Origin: a virus
Lineage: Duplodnaviria; Caudoviricetes
Reading direction: 5' to 3' (one strand)
DNA length: 40,442 nt
Virus record (IMG/VR): IMGVR_UViG_3300020045_012400
Location: 1-40,442 of that record
The position numbers and the translations under genes are program-made. Each line of letters begins with the position of its first letter. Position 1 is the stretch's first letter. The notes beneath the pieces were generated by a model. The model was not told where the DNA came from. It searched no databases and saw only the letters and a program-made list of their open reading frames with translations. Shown here piece after piece: positions 9,142-19,526 of this stretch.

Positions 9142-9550
9142 CTTCTATCTCCTGTACTACGATTATCGTTTTAGGCTCTCCAGAAGAATAGTATTTCTGA
9201 GTCTCTCCAGCCACAATAATATTATCATCGAGTAAAACCGTCCCAATGAGGCAATCGGCGGCAAACTTTTCGAGATTGGAGCGATCTTTTTTACCCTTGT
9301 GCCATACCCGGAATTCTGAAGCGATAAGGGCGCGCTTTTTTTTTGTAAAAGATTTGGGAATTGGCATCTCGAAAAAAAAATCAACGCGTACCGCTCTTTC
9401 AATGAGAGGTCGTCCATTATTTTGGCCTTTGAGCTGGCATTGAGCATAGAATTTTGCCTTAGCATGCGTGGAATATGCGTACTTGCCGTAGCCCTTGTGC
9501 GCCGACCAAGATACCGGCTCTCCTTTAATCTCGTAGACATATTGATTCAA
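9134..9550 (-). CDS. rusA: RusA-family Holliday junction resolvase
   Basis: KKDRSNLEKFAADCL...LDDNII matches the RusA DxDNxxK...DD motif; FEMPIPKS. Confidence 0.85.
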   Translation of the reverse strand: MNQYVYEIKGEPVSWSAHKGYGKYAYSTHAKAKFYAQCQLKGQNNGRPLIERAVRVDFFFEMPIPKSFTKKKRALIASEFRVWHKGKKDRSNLEKFAADCLIGTVLLDDNIIVAGETQKYYSSGEPKTIIVVQEIEDD

Positions 9551-10299
9551 TTCTCTCCAACATGAGTGAGGGTTTTTTGGTTTTCTTTTATCATTAAGCG
9601 AACGGGAGTCTTTCCGATAGAAAGAGCTAAACCTTCCACCTTGTCCCTTGCAAGGAGGTAAATGTCTTTGTAAAACATCGCCAATTGCATCCCCGACTTC
9701 AGCGTTGTGGCGACGATCACGTCCGCAATTTGTAAAGCGCTTAGAGTAAATACATCTATAACATCGCGCATGTTTGGAAATTCCTGTTGCAAAAGATCCA
9801 AATTAACCAGGCTCTTATTTTCCATATTCGAAATGCTCATGTAGTATTTATCCGCATTTTTAGATCCCTGCGATTTGGCATATTCTATAAAGTCCTTTAT
9901 CGCATCCGTTCCTAGCCTTCTCTCTATTTTCCCCGCCTCTCTTCTTGAAATCCACTCTACATTTTGTCTCTGAATGGCCAGTTTCATTAACTGCTTTCTC
10001 ATTTCGAAAAACTGACGGGTTATCTTCATCTTGAACTTTCTTACCTTCTCGTTATTTGTCAAAAGAGTTGTAAGATAAGTGGCCTGCGGCTCGTTAAGCA
10101 TCAAATCCTCGATTGGACGCCCTTTTTTCTTCTTTATTTTTTGCATCGCGGGTGTAATAAATCCGAAGGTTTCAAATTCAGATTTATATTTATGCACCAG
10201 CTTCAAAATCACCCTATGCTCCACTTCAAACCCCTTAGACATCTCCCAGGTGCTTATCCTTGGCTCATCTTGCTGAATAACCACCAGACTCCTTTCCAT
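9547..10299 (-). CDS. rha: Rha-family phage regulatory protein
   Basis: ISTWEMSKGFEVEH...LNEPQATYLTTLL...KFKMKITRQFFEM. Confidence 0.8.
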   Translation of the reverse strand: MERSLVVIQQDEPRISTWEMSKGFEVEHRVILKLVHKYKSEFETFGFITPAMQKIKKKKGRPIEDLMLNEPQATYLTTLLTNNEKVRKFKMKITRQFFEMRKQLMKLAIQRQNVEWISRREAGKIERRLGTDAIKDFIEYAKSQGSKNADKYYMSISNMENKSLVNLDLLQQEFPNMRDVIDVFTLSALQIADVIVATTLKSGMQLAMFYKDIYLLARDKVEGLALSIGKTPVRLMIKENQKTLTHVGEN

Positions 10300-10346
10300 A
10301 ACCCCCCCTTTAATGCGCCTTATCACATTAAACAAAAGTATATGTA

Positions 10347-10625
10347 TTAAGTCAAATTTTTATTAGCGATATTACAAGGAACTGTTCCTTCTTGCGGCTC
10401 CTCTGGTTTAAGGGGGAGAGGCATCCAATGCGTTATGTCTCCCCTTTTTCCCATTTGGCCATCATCGTCGCTAAGAAAAAACTCCTCTTTTCCACATATC
10501 CAGCGCCGCGCCACCCTTATCCCGCCTTCGTGATAAGCTAAAACAGCTTCTGAACATGGATTTTTCCCTTTTCCACGATTTTTTATTTCGGGAAGTCTAT
10601 CTTTCACGCTTACCCACTCCATCAA
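10347..10625 (-). CDS. DUF551-like phage protein
   Basis: MEWVSVKDRLP...ITHWMPLP signature. Confidence 0.85.
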   Translation of the reverse strand: MMEWVSVKDRLPEIKNRGKGKNPCSEAVLAYHEGGIRVARRWICGKEEFFLSDDDGQMGKRGDITHWMPLPLKPEEPQEGTVPCNIANKNLT

Positions 10626-10630
10626 GACCG

Positions 10631-10873
10631 CTATAAAGTTATAGACTTTTTATCTATTCTTCTAGTACGTCCATTAATTATTGTATACCCCCAATATGTG
10701 ATTGGAACTTCACCTTTGGTTAGTCGATGGATCTTCCAGGCGTAGGAATGCCCAGGGCGACATTGCCCGTGAGCCCACTTGTGCACAGAAGACCAAGAAC
10801 ACTTGAGCAGTCGAGAAAAATCAGCCGGTCTTAAGTTTTTGTCTTTTAAGTAGGTTTCTAGTAGATTTGCCAT
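10631..10873 (-). CDS. Cro/XRE-like HTH regulator
   Basis: LRPADFSRLLKCSWSSVHKWAHGQCRP...LTKGEV; AAGGGTG RBS; first gene of the leftward operon. Confidence 0.8.
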   Translation of the reverse strand: MANLLETYLKDKNLRPADFSRLLKCSWSSVHKWAHGQCRPGHSYAWKIHRLTKGEVPITYWGYTIINGRTRRIDKKSITL

Positions 10874-11151
10874 TTTCACACCCTTTTTGCTATGTAATAT
10901 GATGAAAATATACGGGATTATAAAGAAGTTGTCAAGAAAGAAGGTGGGTGATCTCACGCCTTTGCCTAAGATGAATGATAGAGATCAGCTATACTTTTGT
11001 TTTTACGGTGAGAAGGATTTGTCTATGGAAAAGAGGAAAGTGTTGCGGAAAAAGAAAAGATCGTGGTATAGTAAGGGCATATCGAAAGAAGCAAGCTCTC
11101 TGGTGACTCGGACGAAAGAAACGAGCAGATCGTAGCGAAGGTTGAGTAGAT

Positions 11152-11430
11152 ATGGAAAGCAAAGGAAACCATATGGGAATTATCAAGGGAAAAATGTACG
11201 ACATTAACGAAGTTATAGACCTAAAGATCATTGAAGCAGGGCAGAATGTAGTTAACTTTTGCCCTGAAACATCTGTCACCACCTTCATTCATAGATTTAT
11301 GATTGCACTCGCGATCAAAGCGCTTGAATCGGCTCCATCGGAAAAAGAAGCAGAGCGCCTTTGTAAGGACGCTTTGAGAGAAGCGAAAAGACTTTGGAAA
11401 GATGCCGATACAGTTAAAGCACAAAAGTGA
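11152..11430 (+). CDS. Hypothetical protein
   Basis: ORF at the head of the rightward early operon. Confidence 0.6.
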   Translation: MESKGNHMGIIKGKMYDINEVIDLKIIEAGQNVVNFCPETSVTTFIHRFMIALAIKALESAPSEKEAERLCKDALREAKRLWKDADTVKAQK

Positions 11431-11642
11431 ACGAAAAACCCCCAGCTTGACCCTGGGGGAAATCATGGAAACAAAGGAAACCTTATGAAACAGTTTGATT
11501 CTGGCACCGGGATAAAAATATCTCAACACAAAAATGATGAGATGCTCCACAAGCTGCTTGAAAGCTTACGCAAAGCCTGTGAAGCGATGATCGACACTAT
11601 TGATGCCTATCAACAAGTCACTCAGAAGAATGGAGGCAAATA

Positions 11643-11900
11643 ATGCTAGACCATCTATTAGAAGAGCCTATTGAGTGTTTTAAAACATCAGTATGGAATA
11701 AGGATTGGCTGATGAAGGAGTTTGAGGCGTGTGTGGTAAGCCCAACCGTTGGTGCCGCATGGGCGATTGACGAAATGGAAGCTGGAGTTCCAATTAGCGC
11801 GATCCTGGACAATATTTGGGAAGGCTATGAGAAATGGGCTGAAGATTATCTACTTAACGAACAAACGTCATTCTATGAGGGTTGCGATGAAGGATATTAG
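11643..11900 (+). CDS. Acidic hypothetical protein
   Basis: GGAGG RBS. Confidence 0.7.
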   Translation: MLDHLLEEPIECFKTSVWNKDWLMKEFEACVVSPTVGAAWAIDEMEAGVPISAILDNIWEGYEKWAEDYLLNEQTSFYEGCDEGY

Positions 11901-12087
11901 CATTAGCATCACGTATGCAAGAGACGACGAGCATGACAATCTGACGCAGATTCATGAAGCTCAGACTAGATTTGTCCCTCATGGCATTCATGTTATGGAC
12001 ATTACTTTTGAGAAAGAATGGTTGCCAACTAGAACTAAAGTTACATTTAAGGGAGTGGAGAATGAGCTTACAATCAGAACAGATTAA
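11887..12087 (+). CDS. Hypothetical protein
   Basis: GAGG RBS; overlaps both neighbours. Confidence 0.55.
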   Translation: MKDISISITYARDDEHDNLTQIHEAQTRFVPHGIHVMDITFEKEWLPTRTKVTFKGVENELTIRTD

Positions 12088-12649
12088 TGAATTAATGGGG
12101 GCGTTGGCTAAGGCTCAGGGAGAGATGAGCCATGCGGTTAAGGATAGTACCAATCCGCACTTCAAGTCGAGATATGCCGACCTAGCCTCAGTGTGGCAGG
12201 CTTGCCGAGATCCTTTGGCCAAGAACGGTCTTGCCGTCACCCAGACACTGGACTTTGCAGGAGAAAGACAGGTTCTTGTGACTACGCTTGGCCACAGCTC
12301 TGGTCAATGGCTTAAGTCCATGATGGCTCTACCCATCCAAAAGCCAGGAGCCCAGGAGTTGGGTTCGTGCCTTAGTTATTGCAGAAGGTACGCTCTGGCC
12401 TCGATGGTTGGTGTATATCAAGACGACGATGATGCTGAAGTGGCTACTAAGCGGGAAGCTCCAAAAGGACCCAAGATCACTAGCAGACAGCTTGAAGAGA
12501 TTCATGAGTGGCTACTCGAATTCCCAGACAGCGCTAAGGCTCTTTGTGAGAAATTTGGGATTCAGGAAATTGCAGAGCTGGAACAAAAAGACTTTGCGTT
12601 TGTAATTAGTGTGTTTGAGAAAAGAAAGAAAGTTAAGGAAAAGACATGA
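12062..12649 (+). CDS. erf: ERF-family ssDNA annealing protein
   Basis: NPHFKSRYADL, HSSGQW and GSCLSYCRRYAL...DDDAE motifs. Confidence 0.92.
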   Translation: MSLQSEQINELMGALAKAQGEMSHAVKDSTNPHFKSRYADLASVWQACRDPLAKNGLAVTQTLDFAGERQVLVTTLGHSSGQWLKSMMALPIQKPGAQELGSCLSYCRRYALASMVGVYQDDDDAEVATKREAPKGPKITSRQLEEIHEWLLEFPDSAKALCEKFGIQEIAELEQKDFAFVISVFEKRKKVKEKT

Positions 12650-12897
12650 ACGAAATATTCACAATAGAACTTAATCTTGATGATGATTTTAGCAAATCGA
12701 CGGCCTATCACGTGGACGATTTTGAGTCCACAATGAGAAGAAATATTCAACATGCGGAACAAGATGAAGAAACCAGTAGATGGGTCTTGATTGGGCTTGC
12801 CCCTTCTTTATCGCAGGCGTGTGACGAATGCGAACAATTACGACTATGGTTGTGCAGAAGAAACAACCGGGAACCAAAATCACTAGGATTAGAATGA
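12646..12897 (+). CDS. Hypothetical protein
   Basis: ATGA-coupled on both sides. Confidence 0.65.
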   Translation: MNEIFTIELNLDDDFSKSTAYHVDDFESTMRRNIQHAEQDEETSRWVLIGLAPSLSQACDECEQLRLWLCRRNNREPKSLGLE

Positions 12898-13748
12898 TGA
12901 AACTCGAAATAGGATCACAGGAATGGCTTGACGCCAGACGCAATTTAATCACCGCCACCGACGCCGGAATAATCTTAGGCTTAAGCCCCTGGAAAACTTC
13001 ACTGCAACTTTACAGTGATAAAATAAATGGGACAGTGACTGAGCAGAATGACGCGATGCGCCGAGGCCTTGAACTCGAACCTGAAGCCCGGGTTGCCTTT
13101 GAGCAAATGACGGGACACTTTGTGCGCCCCGAATTCCGCATCCATCCCGTCTTTGAGTGGATGGCCGCTAGCTTCGATGGAATCAATGATGAGGGGGTGG
13201 TTGTCGAGATTAAGGCCCCCGGGGAGAAGGATCATCATTTGGCATTACTTGGCGAAGTCCCGGCTAAGTATGTAGCACAACTGCAACATCAGATGTTTGT
13301 TGCTAATGTTGACGAATGCTTTTACCTCAGTTATCGCCCTGGGACGGCCAGAGATTGCGCATTAATAAAAGTTTTGGCTGATAAGGAATTTCAGGCAAAT
13401 ATGATTGAGAAGGAAAAAGCATTCTGGGATAGCTTGCAGGCTAGGATTCCGCCAGAGCCCATTGGCAAAGACATTCAGGTTCGAGAAGATAGGGCGTGGC
13501 TTATGAAAGAGGAAGAGCTTTTTAGGCTCAATGTGATGATGGACGAGTTTGAGGAGAAGCGCGAGGAGATCAGAAAATCAATGATCGAGATGTGTGATGG
13601 GCGCATCACTCAGGGGTATCGACTTAAGTTCACCCCAGTAATCCGGAAAGGGAACATCGATTACTCCAAGATTGAGGCCTTGAAGGACTTGGACCTTGAG
13701 GTCTACCGGAAGCCGGGGACGAGTTCGTGGAGGGTAGACACCGTATGA
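12894..13748 (+). CDS. YqaJ/lambda-type exonuclease (viral recombinase partner)
   Basis: GSQEWLDARR, RGLELEPEAR, ASFDG, EIKAP and QLQHQM motifs. Confidence 0.92.
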   Translation: MMKLEIGSQEWLDARRNLITATDAGIILGLSPWKTSLQLYSDKINGTVTEQNDAMRRGLELEPEARVAFEQMTGHFVRPEFRIHPVFEWMAASFDGINDEGVVVEIKAPGEKDHHLALLGEVPAKYVAQLQHQMFVANVDECFYLSYRPGTARDCALIKVLADKEFQANMIEKEKAFWDSLQARIPPEPIGKDIQVREDRAWLMKEEELFRLNVMMDEFEEKREEIRKSMIEMCDGRITQGYRLKFTPVIRKGNIDYSKIEALKDLDLEVYRKPGTSSWRVDTV

Positions 13749-13978
13749 AAACAACAAACGACGAAAAACTAATCCAAGAGTGTTTGGACTTTCAAGTCAT
13801 GCTCATAGACTTGATCGAAAATAACAACATCAACAGAACCGTGGCCATCAATTCTATGATGGCCCTATCTCTTTCAAGCATCTGGCAAGCTGTTGATACG
13901 CCAGAAGAGCTTAGGAAAGGGGTGATTTACTTGCTTGAAGGCTTTATCGACAAGAAATGTAAGGAGGAAGATGTGTAA
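13745..13978 (+). CDS. Hypothetical protein
   Basis: ATGA coupling to the exonuclease gene. Confidence 0.65.
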   Translation: MKTTNDEKLIQECLDFQVMLIDLIENNNINRTVAINSMMALSLSSIWQAVDTPEELRKGVIYLLEGFIDKKCKEEDV

Positions 13979-14219
13979 ATGTTCAAAAGGGGCGACGTGC
14001 CCCGTATTCGTGAAGACCCTTGAGGGTGAATATATCCGCGTGGAGCTTATTGATAAGCTTTGGGTGGCTGACGAGGGAGAAATATTTTGTGTCACCGCCA
14101 CGATGTTAAAGACGGAAAACGGGGATTTGTACCACGATCTTTTCTCTTCTGAGAACTTTGAGACGGCCATGGCTTGGCTGGATTCTCTAGCCAAAAAGCT
14201 GAATGGGGTTGCCGATTAA
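13971..14219 (+). CDS. Hypothetical protein
   Basis: AGGAGG RBS. Confidence 0.65.
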   Translation: MCKCSKGATCPVFVKTLEGEYIRVELIDKLWVADEGEIFCVTATMLKTENGDLYHDLFSSENFETAMAWLDSLAKKLNGVAD

Positions 14220-14427
14220 GAGCCAGAAGTTTAGGCTAGTCAGAATTGTTTTTAACTCGACCTTAAATAAAGATGCCCCTGCGCAAACAAGGGCAATACT
14301 AAGAAAGATTCAAACATTCTAATCTTGGACGGTCAGAATGGGCAATATCTTACTCAGAATTGTCAATTAAAGCGAAGTAAAATACAAGCTTTATAGTGCG
14401 CAGGGGGTCTCAAACAGGAGATCCCGG

Positions 14428-15231
14428 ATGAAAGAATACAATCTAGAGCAATCTGTCAGTTTCAATATCTCGATCTACCGCATGATGAAACCGTCTCAAA
14501 AACGGATCGCCAGCGCATTTACCGTCATGTACCATGCAAATAGGTGTGGAAATCAAAAAGAAAGTTATTGGGGAAGGGAAAAAATTGCACGCCACGCCAA
14601 GTGCTCCGTTGGATCTGTATCAAGATTTTTAAATGAATACAAAGAATTAATTTTTGAGGAAGTCAAACAGAGAAAAGGGAAGGGACTTGATGGGAAGGTA
14701 AAATATTCCTCTAATCGATACAAATTCAACCACCACTTCTTCACTCTTCTATGGTTCTTGAAAAAGAGAGGGTATATCAAATACTGGCATATACAAGGCG
14801 ATAAATTATATCATCAAGTGTGTGAGGATGAGCACCTTACACTCAATAATATTGGTTATGATTTCGAGGTTGTGAACAGGCAATGCGCACACGATTCTCG
14901 CTTAAAAACGCACACTAGGGTTTTAGGGGATTCTTCGAATCCATTTAGAGGAATGGTACCTACAAAACCGATCGATGTACCAGACTTCCGTCATCATTTA
15001 AAGAAAACGGCCTCGGAGGTAATAAAGGTTCCTGGGCTAACAGAACAATATAAGGCGCGGTTGGATAGATTTGGCAGTATTTTCCTTATGCAGGAGATCA
15101 ACAATGACTACGACTATAGTATGAAGTATGGTAAACCTCCCCGCTTTCCGGATAGGTGGGTGGAATCGCGTCTTAAGGAACAAATGAAGTATCAATATAA
15201 AATTATAATTGGATCAAAAAATGAACGATGA
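14428..15231 (+). CDS. Putative replication initiator (winged HTH)
   Basis: SYWGREKIARHAKCSVGSVSRFL...SSNRY resembles phage O-like initiators; AGGAG RBS. Confidence 0.65.
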   Translation: MKEYNLEQSVSFNISIYRMMKPSQKRIASAFTVMYHANRCGNQKESYWGREKIARHAKCSVGSVSRFLNEYKELIFEEVKQRKGKGLDGKVKYSSNRYKFNHHFFTLLWFLKKRGYIKYWHIQGDKLYHQVCEDEHLTLNNIGYDFEVVNRQCAHDSRLKTHTRVLGDSSNPFRGMVPTKPIDVPDFRHHLKKTASEVIKVPGLTEQYKARLDRFGSIFLMQEINNDYDYSMKYGKPPRFPDRWVESRLKEQMKYQYKIIIGSKNER

Positions 15232-15466
15232 TGAAACTGCTGCTCGTGTTGAATCTCTAACCAAAGAGATAGTGAATGTTTTTGTAGAAAAATGTGGCGA
15301 TGAAGGCGTCCTTTTCCCCACTTTGTCACTTCTACTCTCAAAAATGTGTGCCCGCAGTTTGAACCCTAAGGAATTTAAGGGTTTTTTGGCAGATTTTGAA
15401 AATGCATATCGAGAACTAAGAAAAGAGAATAACCACTTGAAAAGGCCAACGATCAATGAATCTTGA
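15221..15466 (+). CDS. Hypothetical protein
   Basis: Overlapping operon arrangement. Confidence 0.6.
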   Translation: MNDDETAARVESLTKEIVNVFVEKCGDEGVLFPTLSLLLSKMCARSLNPKEFKGFLADFENAYRELRKENNHLKRPTINES

Positions 15467-15707
15467 CATAGACCCTTACCTAATCGAAAGCTGGGAAGAA
15501 TACGCTTTAAAGTGTATTCCTGAAGGCCAATGCTGGAGGCTTAGGAAAGCCTTGTCTGACTTCATTTGGCTTGAGTCTAGGCCGTTCCAAAGAGAACTGG
15601 ATGCCTATTGCCGAAAGCGTCAGGGAGACTGGATGCGCGAAGACCTCGATGAGCAGATCAAACGTAAAAAGCCAAGACCCCCAAATGTTAAAAGAAAATT
15701 CGTGTAG
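15456..15707 (+). CDS. Hypothetical protein
   Basis: Overlapping operon arrangement. Confidence 0.6.
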   Translation: MNLDIDPYLIESWEEYALKCIPEGQCWRLRKALSDFIWLESRPFQRELDAYCRKRQGDWMREDLDEQIKRKKPRPPNVKRKFV

Positions 15708-15858
15708 CCATAGGGGAAATGTTAACATCGGATATTTGTAAAATTATTTGTAAGATACGAGTAAGACTCCATAAACTTAACTTTGATGAAAATTTATTTG
15801 AACTTTACAGGAAAGCACTTTTCCTCTATACTCCGTAACATATTTCTTCGGGATTGTC

Positions 15859-16110
15859 ATGAGCAAGTACTACACAGAAGAAGATGGTCAGACCTGTAAA
15901 TGGGAAGCATGCATATTCTGCAAAAGGAAGTGGCTTGTGTCGAGTCTAGAGCTTGAGCTGTGCCCTAACTGTTTGATAGCGATCAGGGCGAATCCTACCG
16001 ACTATGAAGGTGTCAAGCTTGATCAGTTCTTGAAATTTGGTGATTTTAGTGATACTAACCTTGCTGAAGCTGTGCGAATGTTGCACGATAAGGTCAAGTC
16101 ATATGAATGA
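15859..16110 (+). CDS. Zn-finger hypothetical protein
   Basis: CIFC...CPNC. Confidence 0.6.
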   Translation: MSKYYTEEDGQTCKWEACIFCKRKWLVSSLELELCPNCLIAIRANPTDYEGVKLDQFLKFGDFSDTNLAEAVRMLHDKVKSYE

Positions 16111-16342
16111 AAAGACAACGCTTGCCGTGGGACTGACAGCAGCCTCTTTAATGCTTGTGGTAGTTATGTATGCCCTTCACGCGAGCATCAGGCATTCGCA
16201 GGAAGAGAAGCTACAGCTTTCCTCTTGCGGCCGCGAAGATGCCCAAGAGGAGCATTCCGACGATGAAGAGGGCAAAAAATCCGAGCAGGACTGGGTGCAG
16301 CATGGCAGACCTCACGTTGAATTTACTCTGAGTCATGAATAA
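16103..16342 (+). CDS. Membrane-anchored hypothetical protein
   Basis: N-terminal hydrophobic helix and acidic tail. Confidence 0.55.
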   Translation: MNEKTTLAVGLTAASLMLVVVMYALHASIRHSQEEKLQLSSCGREDAQEEHSDDEEGKKSEQDWVQHGRPHVEFTLSHE

Positions 16343-16474
16343 TACAATTATGTTTATTAAGTTTTACAAGTTGTGGGTGTTTATGAGGGGGTACGCTGTG
16401 GCCATTGCCATAGCTGTATTCCTGATTTTTCTGATGCGCGAAAATATTTTTTTCTAATGAAACAAAGGGCACAA

Positions 16475-16753
16475 ATGTCTAACAATAAAATATTACTTTA
16501 CTTCACCTCCGCGGTAATCCTTACCTCCTGCTTTCTCACTGGAATTGCTGTGGGATGGGAAGACCACCCTGACATTGCGGGTGTCGATCACCTGTTCGAT
16601 ATTCATGTGGATTATGATCGGATGGTTGAGGATGCCAAAGCGGACAAAGCTCGATCTGAAAATAATGACAGAATTCAGAAGGAATGGGCAAAAGACCTGT
16701 CTTGGTCTGACGATCGAGGAACGTGCCAATATACCCCTGATAGAGACAAGTAA
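16475..16753 (+). CDS. Signal-peptide or membrane hypothetical protein
   Basis: KILLYFTSAVILTSCFLTGIAVG hydrophobic N-terminus. Confidence 0.6.
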   Translation: MSNNKILLYFTSAVILTSCFLTGIAVGWEDHPDIAGVDHLFDIHVDYDRMVEDAKADKARSENNDRIQKEWAKDLSWSDDRGTCQYTPDRDK

Positions 16754-16907
16754 ATGAGAGAGCGCCCAATAGACAAAGTGTTTGACGTGATGGGGATCAT
16801 TGGGATTCTTCTGTGCCTGTATCTCTTGCTATCTGCGTGGCTGAGAAACTCAGAAGGGGATGAGTCGGAGGATTCGGCACAAACGAAGGCGCTTATAAAA
16901 ACCTGGA

Positions 16908-17171
16908 ATGAAGGGGGTTGATTTGTTTTATTTACTAGCTATCAGTGCATGCATGGGGCATTGCGCCCTCGAATCTTGTCCCCCTCTTTACCACTGTGAA
17001 GAGTTTCAGATGGGAGAGTGTGAGTGGAAGCAGGTTGTGGCCTACCTTGTAGCGTGGGATGAAATTTATGAAAACGTCCCAGACATGGTTGATCAGTTGT
17101 GGATTCGCCGATATGGGATACCTTACCCCGAGTGGAGAGCGGATGTATTGGAGTATTATGGTGTGTATTAG
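16908..17171 (+). CDS. Small exported protein, paralog A
   Basis: Signal-like N-terminus; WDEIYE...VDQLW...YPEWR motif. Confidence 0.65.
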   Translation: MKGVDLFYLLAISACMGHCALESCPPLYHCEEFQMGECEWKQVVAYLVAWDEIYENVPDMVDQLWIRRYGIPYPEWRADVLEYYGVY

Positions 17172-17370
17172 GAATTTAGCGTTTCTAGGGGCATTCCTTG
17201 GCCTAATGGCGATAGGCCAGTGTGAGGAGCTTATCTACTTCGAAGAGCCCTCATTTGAGGAGTATGTGGAGTTTTGGGATCACGTCTACGAACGCACGCC
17301 GGATGAGGTTGACGAGCTTTGGTTCAAGCTACACAGTATGAGTTATCCGGAATGGCGATTGACTCTTTAA
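17158..17370 (+). CDS. Small exported protein, paralog B
   Basis: GGAG RBS; WDHVYE...VDELW...YPEWR motif. Confidence 0.65.
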   Translation: MVCIRNLAFLGAFLGLMAIGQCEELIYFEEPSFEEYVEFWDHVYERTPDEVDELWFKLHSMSYPEWRLTL

Positions 17371-18041
17371 CTAATCCCGTAAAGCCTAAAATCCCCAGTA
17401 TTTATGTTTCCTGTCGTAAAGAAAAGTTTTACAGCGTTCACAACTGATGTTGTTGGTTGATAACCACCGCTCCATGTGATTGTCCCTAAGCCAGCATAAA
17501 ATCCTGAGGACTGACCCCACCATCTTTTGTTTAGGTTGGTGGTAGACAGTTGTGTAAGGTATATGCTCCCATTGCATGAAGCGCCATTATCCTGATAAGT
17601 ATGCACCAATGCATGTCCAGTCGCTGTAGACGCAGAAACTCCTCCGGTATCTGTCATGATTCCACACATACTGTTATATGAAGTTGTGATATAGGTTGAT
17701 CCGCCGTCAGTGGACATTTGTAAAACTAAAAAAGTGTTATTGTCTATGTTGTCTACGTTTTGAAAGAGAATGGCATAGGTACTATATGTGGAATTAATAC
17801 CAGATGTGAATGACACGGATGCAGAATTTGATGCAGATTGCAGAGATATGAGTGTCCATGCTCCGGAAGATGCTGTTTGATAAGTTGGCGCACTCCCAGA
17901 TCCGTTACTTGTAAGTACTTGACCAGAAGTTCCAGCCGCCGTCGATGTAACTACCCCGCTTGCCGCTGAATATAGCACTCCGTTTGTCGTTAGGGAGGTT
18001 TGGTAGAGATCCCCGCTTGTATTTTTTCCTGCGCTGCCCAT
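17367..18041 (-). CDS. Tail fibre or receptor-binding-like protein
   Basis: GTSGQVLTSNG...APTYQ fibre motif and a C-terminal beta-rich domain ending GDFRLYG. Confidence 0.7.
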   Translation of the reverse strand: MGSAGKNTSGDLYQTSLTTNGVLYSAASGVVTSTAAGTSGQVLTSNGSGSAPTYQTASSGAWTLISLQSASNSASVSFTSGINSTYSTYAILFQNVDNIDNNTFLVLQMSTDGGSTYITTSYNSMCGIMTDTGGVSASTATGHALVHTYQDNGASCNGSIYLTQLSTTNLNKRWWGQSSGFYAGLGTITWSGGYQPTTSVVNAVKLFFTTGNINTGDFRLYGIS

Positions 18042-18048
18042 AGTTCCC

Positions 18049-18939
18049 TTATATTAGTGATGCTAAGTTTGTTTCTGTGGTGACGTTATGGCCTGCGCCT
18101 CCTAGAAATGAGATAAACGCATAGTACATTTGGCCTGCGCCTGTGAGGGTATTAGCGTTGCTGCTGTTTACCGAGCAATGTACTACGGTGACAATTGCGC
18201 TAGCTCCAATAGTGATTGCGCTTGCCGTTCCGCTAGTGAAGTCAGAATGTTTAAGTATAGTTGATCCACTTCCGTTGAGAGTCATATTGAGTGTGTTCGG
18301 CATGTTGAACGAGCAATAAGATGTAGTAAGAGAGGCTGTGTCGGCAGTAGAAAATCCGGCATTTAATCGGCAATGGTGGAGTGTGCATGCTGCCGACCCA
18401 GAGAACGCGCTAATTGTGGTGGAGTTTGAGCCGTTCGAAAGGAAGCAATAGAAGGCATTAAGCGTTCCTGCTGTGAACGTACAGAGCGTAATGCCTGTGG
18501 TTCCCAAGGCGATATGGCATCGGTACATCCATAGAAACGAGCTTCCCGCGCTGTTGGAAATCGCAGTATTGTTTGTTGCGTCGATGAAGCAATCAATGAG
18601 ATATAGGACAGGTGAATTAGCTCCTGACATTACGATAACATTATCAGAATTCGTAACTAGGCGAACATTAGAGATAGTGCTTGTTCCTGTTCCTGAAACT
18701 GTAATTTTCCCTGTAATGGAAGGAACGTTGGCCGCTCCACTCCCCTCACCTGCGATATTAACGCCAGCGGTTAGTGTTATGTTCTCGGTGACAGAATCCC
18801 TTAAGAGGATCGTGTCCCCTGCGCTTGCCACGGCATTTGCGGCTGCTAAAGTAGTGTGAGTGCCGTTCGCCGCATTTGTGGAGACTATGAATTTATATGG
18901 GCCATAGTTGTTGGTGCTTAAACCTTTGGTAAACGTCAA
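18049..18939 (-). CDS. Beta-helix (pectin-lyase-like) tail spike-like protein
   Basis: GTHTTLAAA...AGDTILLR...TENIT motif; T/S/A/G-rich; TTG start overlapping the upstream stop. Confidence 0.65.
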   Translation of the reverse strand: MTFTKGLSTNNYGPYKFIVSTNAANGTHTTLAAANAVASAGDTILLRDSVTENITLTAGVNIAGEGSGAANVPSITGKITVSGTGTSTISNVRLVTNSDNVIVMSGANSPVLYLIDCFIDATNNTAISNSAGSSFLWMYRCHIALGTTGITLCTFTAGTLNAFYCFLSNGSNSTTISAFSGSAACTLHHCRLNAGFSTADTASLTTSYCSFNMPNTLNMTLNGSGSTILKHSDFTSGTASAITIGASAIVTVVHCSVNSSNANTLTGAGQMYYAFISFLGGAGHNVTTETNLASLI

Positions 18940-19517
18940 GCTCTCACCTCATCCTTCATGCGTTCCGTTCTGTCTTTATAGTCCGATTGAGCAAAAACCA
19001 GACCCGCAAAATCTTCGTCGGATGTTGGAAGAGTTTCCATACCACGAGCGACTAGTCTAGGTTCCCACTCGTTGCGCAACCTTTCCATGCAGCGCTCATA
19101 CTTATGGGAAAGAACCCAAGCCATTTTAGAGTGACACTCAGCATCGGGATCTTCCACGCCAGTCAGTTTCATCATGCGTTTTTGTGTGGGGGAGACGCGG
19201 AATACCTCTCTGCCGTCTACAGAAACAATTAATTCCTTATCTTTGCCGCGTGGCAATTCTACGGGAGCATGTCGAAAGACGGCCTCGGCCAGAATGAATT
19301 TATCCGCTGGAGCAGACGCAATGCCGTTCTCTCTGAGGACATTATTCCACGACTTCTTGCGTTGATCGCAGCATACGTCGCATGGGTGATCTACGCACCA
19401 GCGCAATCGGCGCACCATATCAGCGTCAAAAATCTCAGACGGAATGTCGTTTTGAATGACTTTCTTTTGAAGGCCTGTGAGTGTTAGGATTTCCTTTCCA
19501 TCTATTGATATTTTCAT
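18936..19517 (-). CDS. Hypothetical protein with an internal duplication (possible fibre chaperone)
   Basis: Two similar halves; lies between two spike-like genes. Confidence 0.7.
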   Translation of the reverse strand: MKISIDGKEILTLTGLQKKVIQNDIPSEIFDADMVRRLRWCVDHPCDVCCDQRKKSWNNVLRENGIASAPADKFILAEAVFRHAPVELPRGKDKELIVSVDGREVFRVSPTQKRMMKLTGVEDPDAECHSKMAWVLSHKYERCMERLRNEWEPRLVARGMETLPTSDEDFAGLVFAQSDYKDRTERMKDEVRA

Positions 19518-19526
19518 TTTCCCTCG

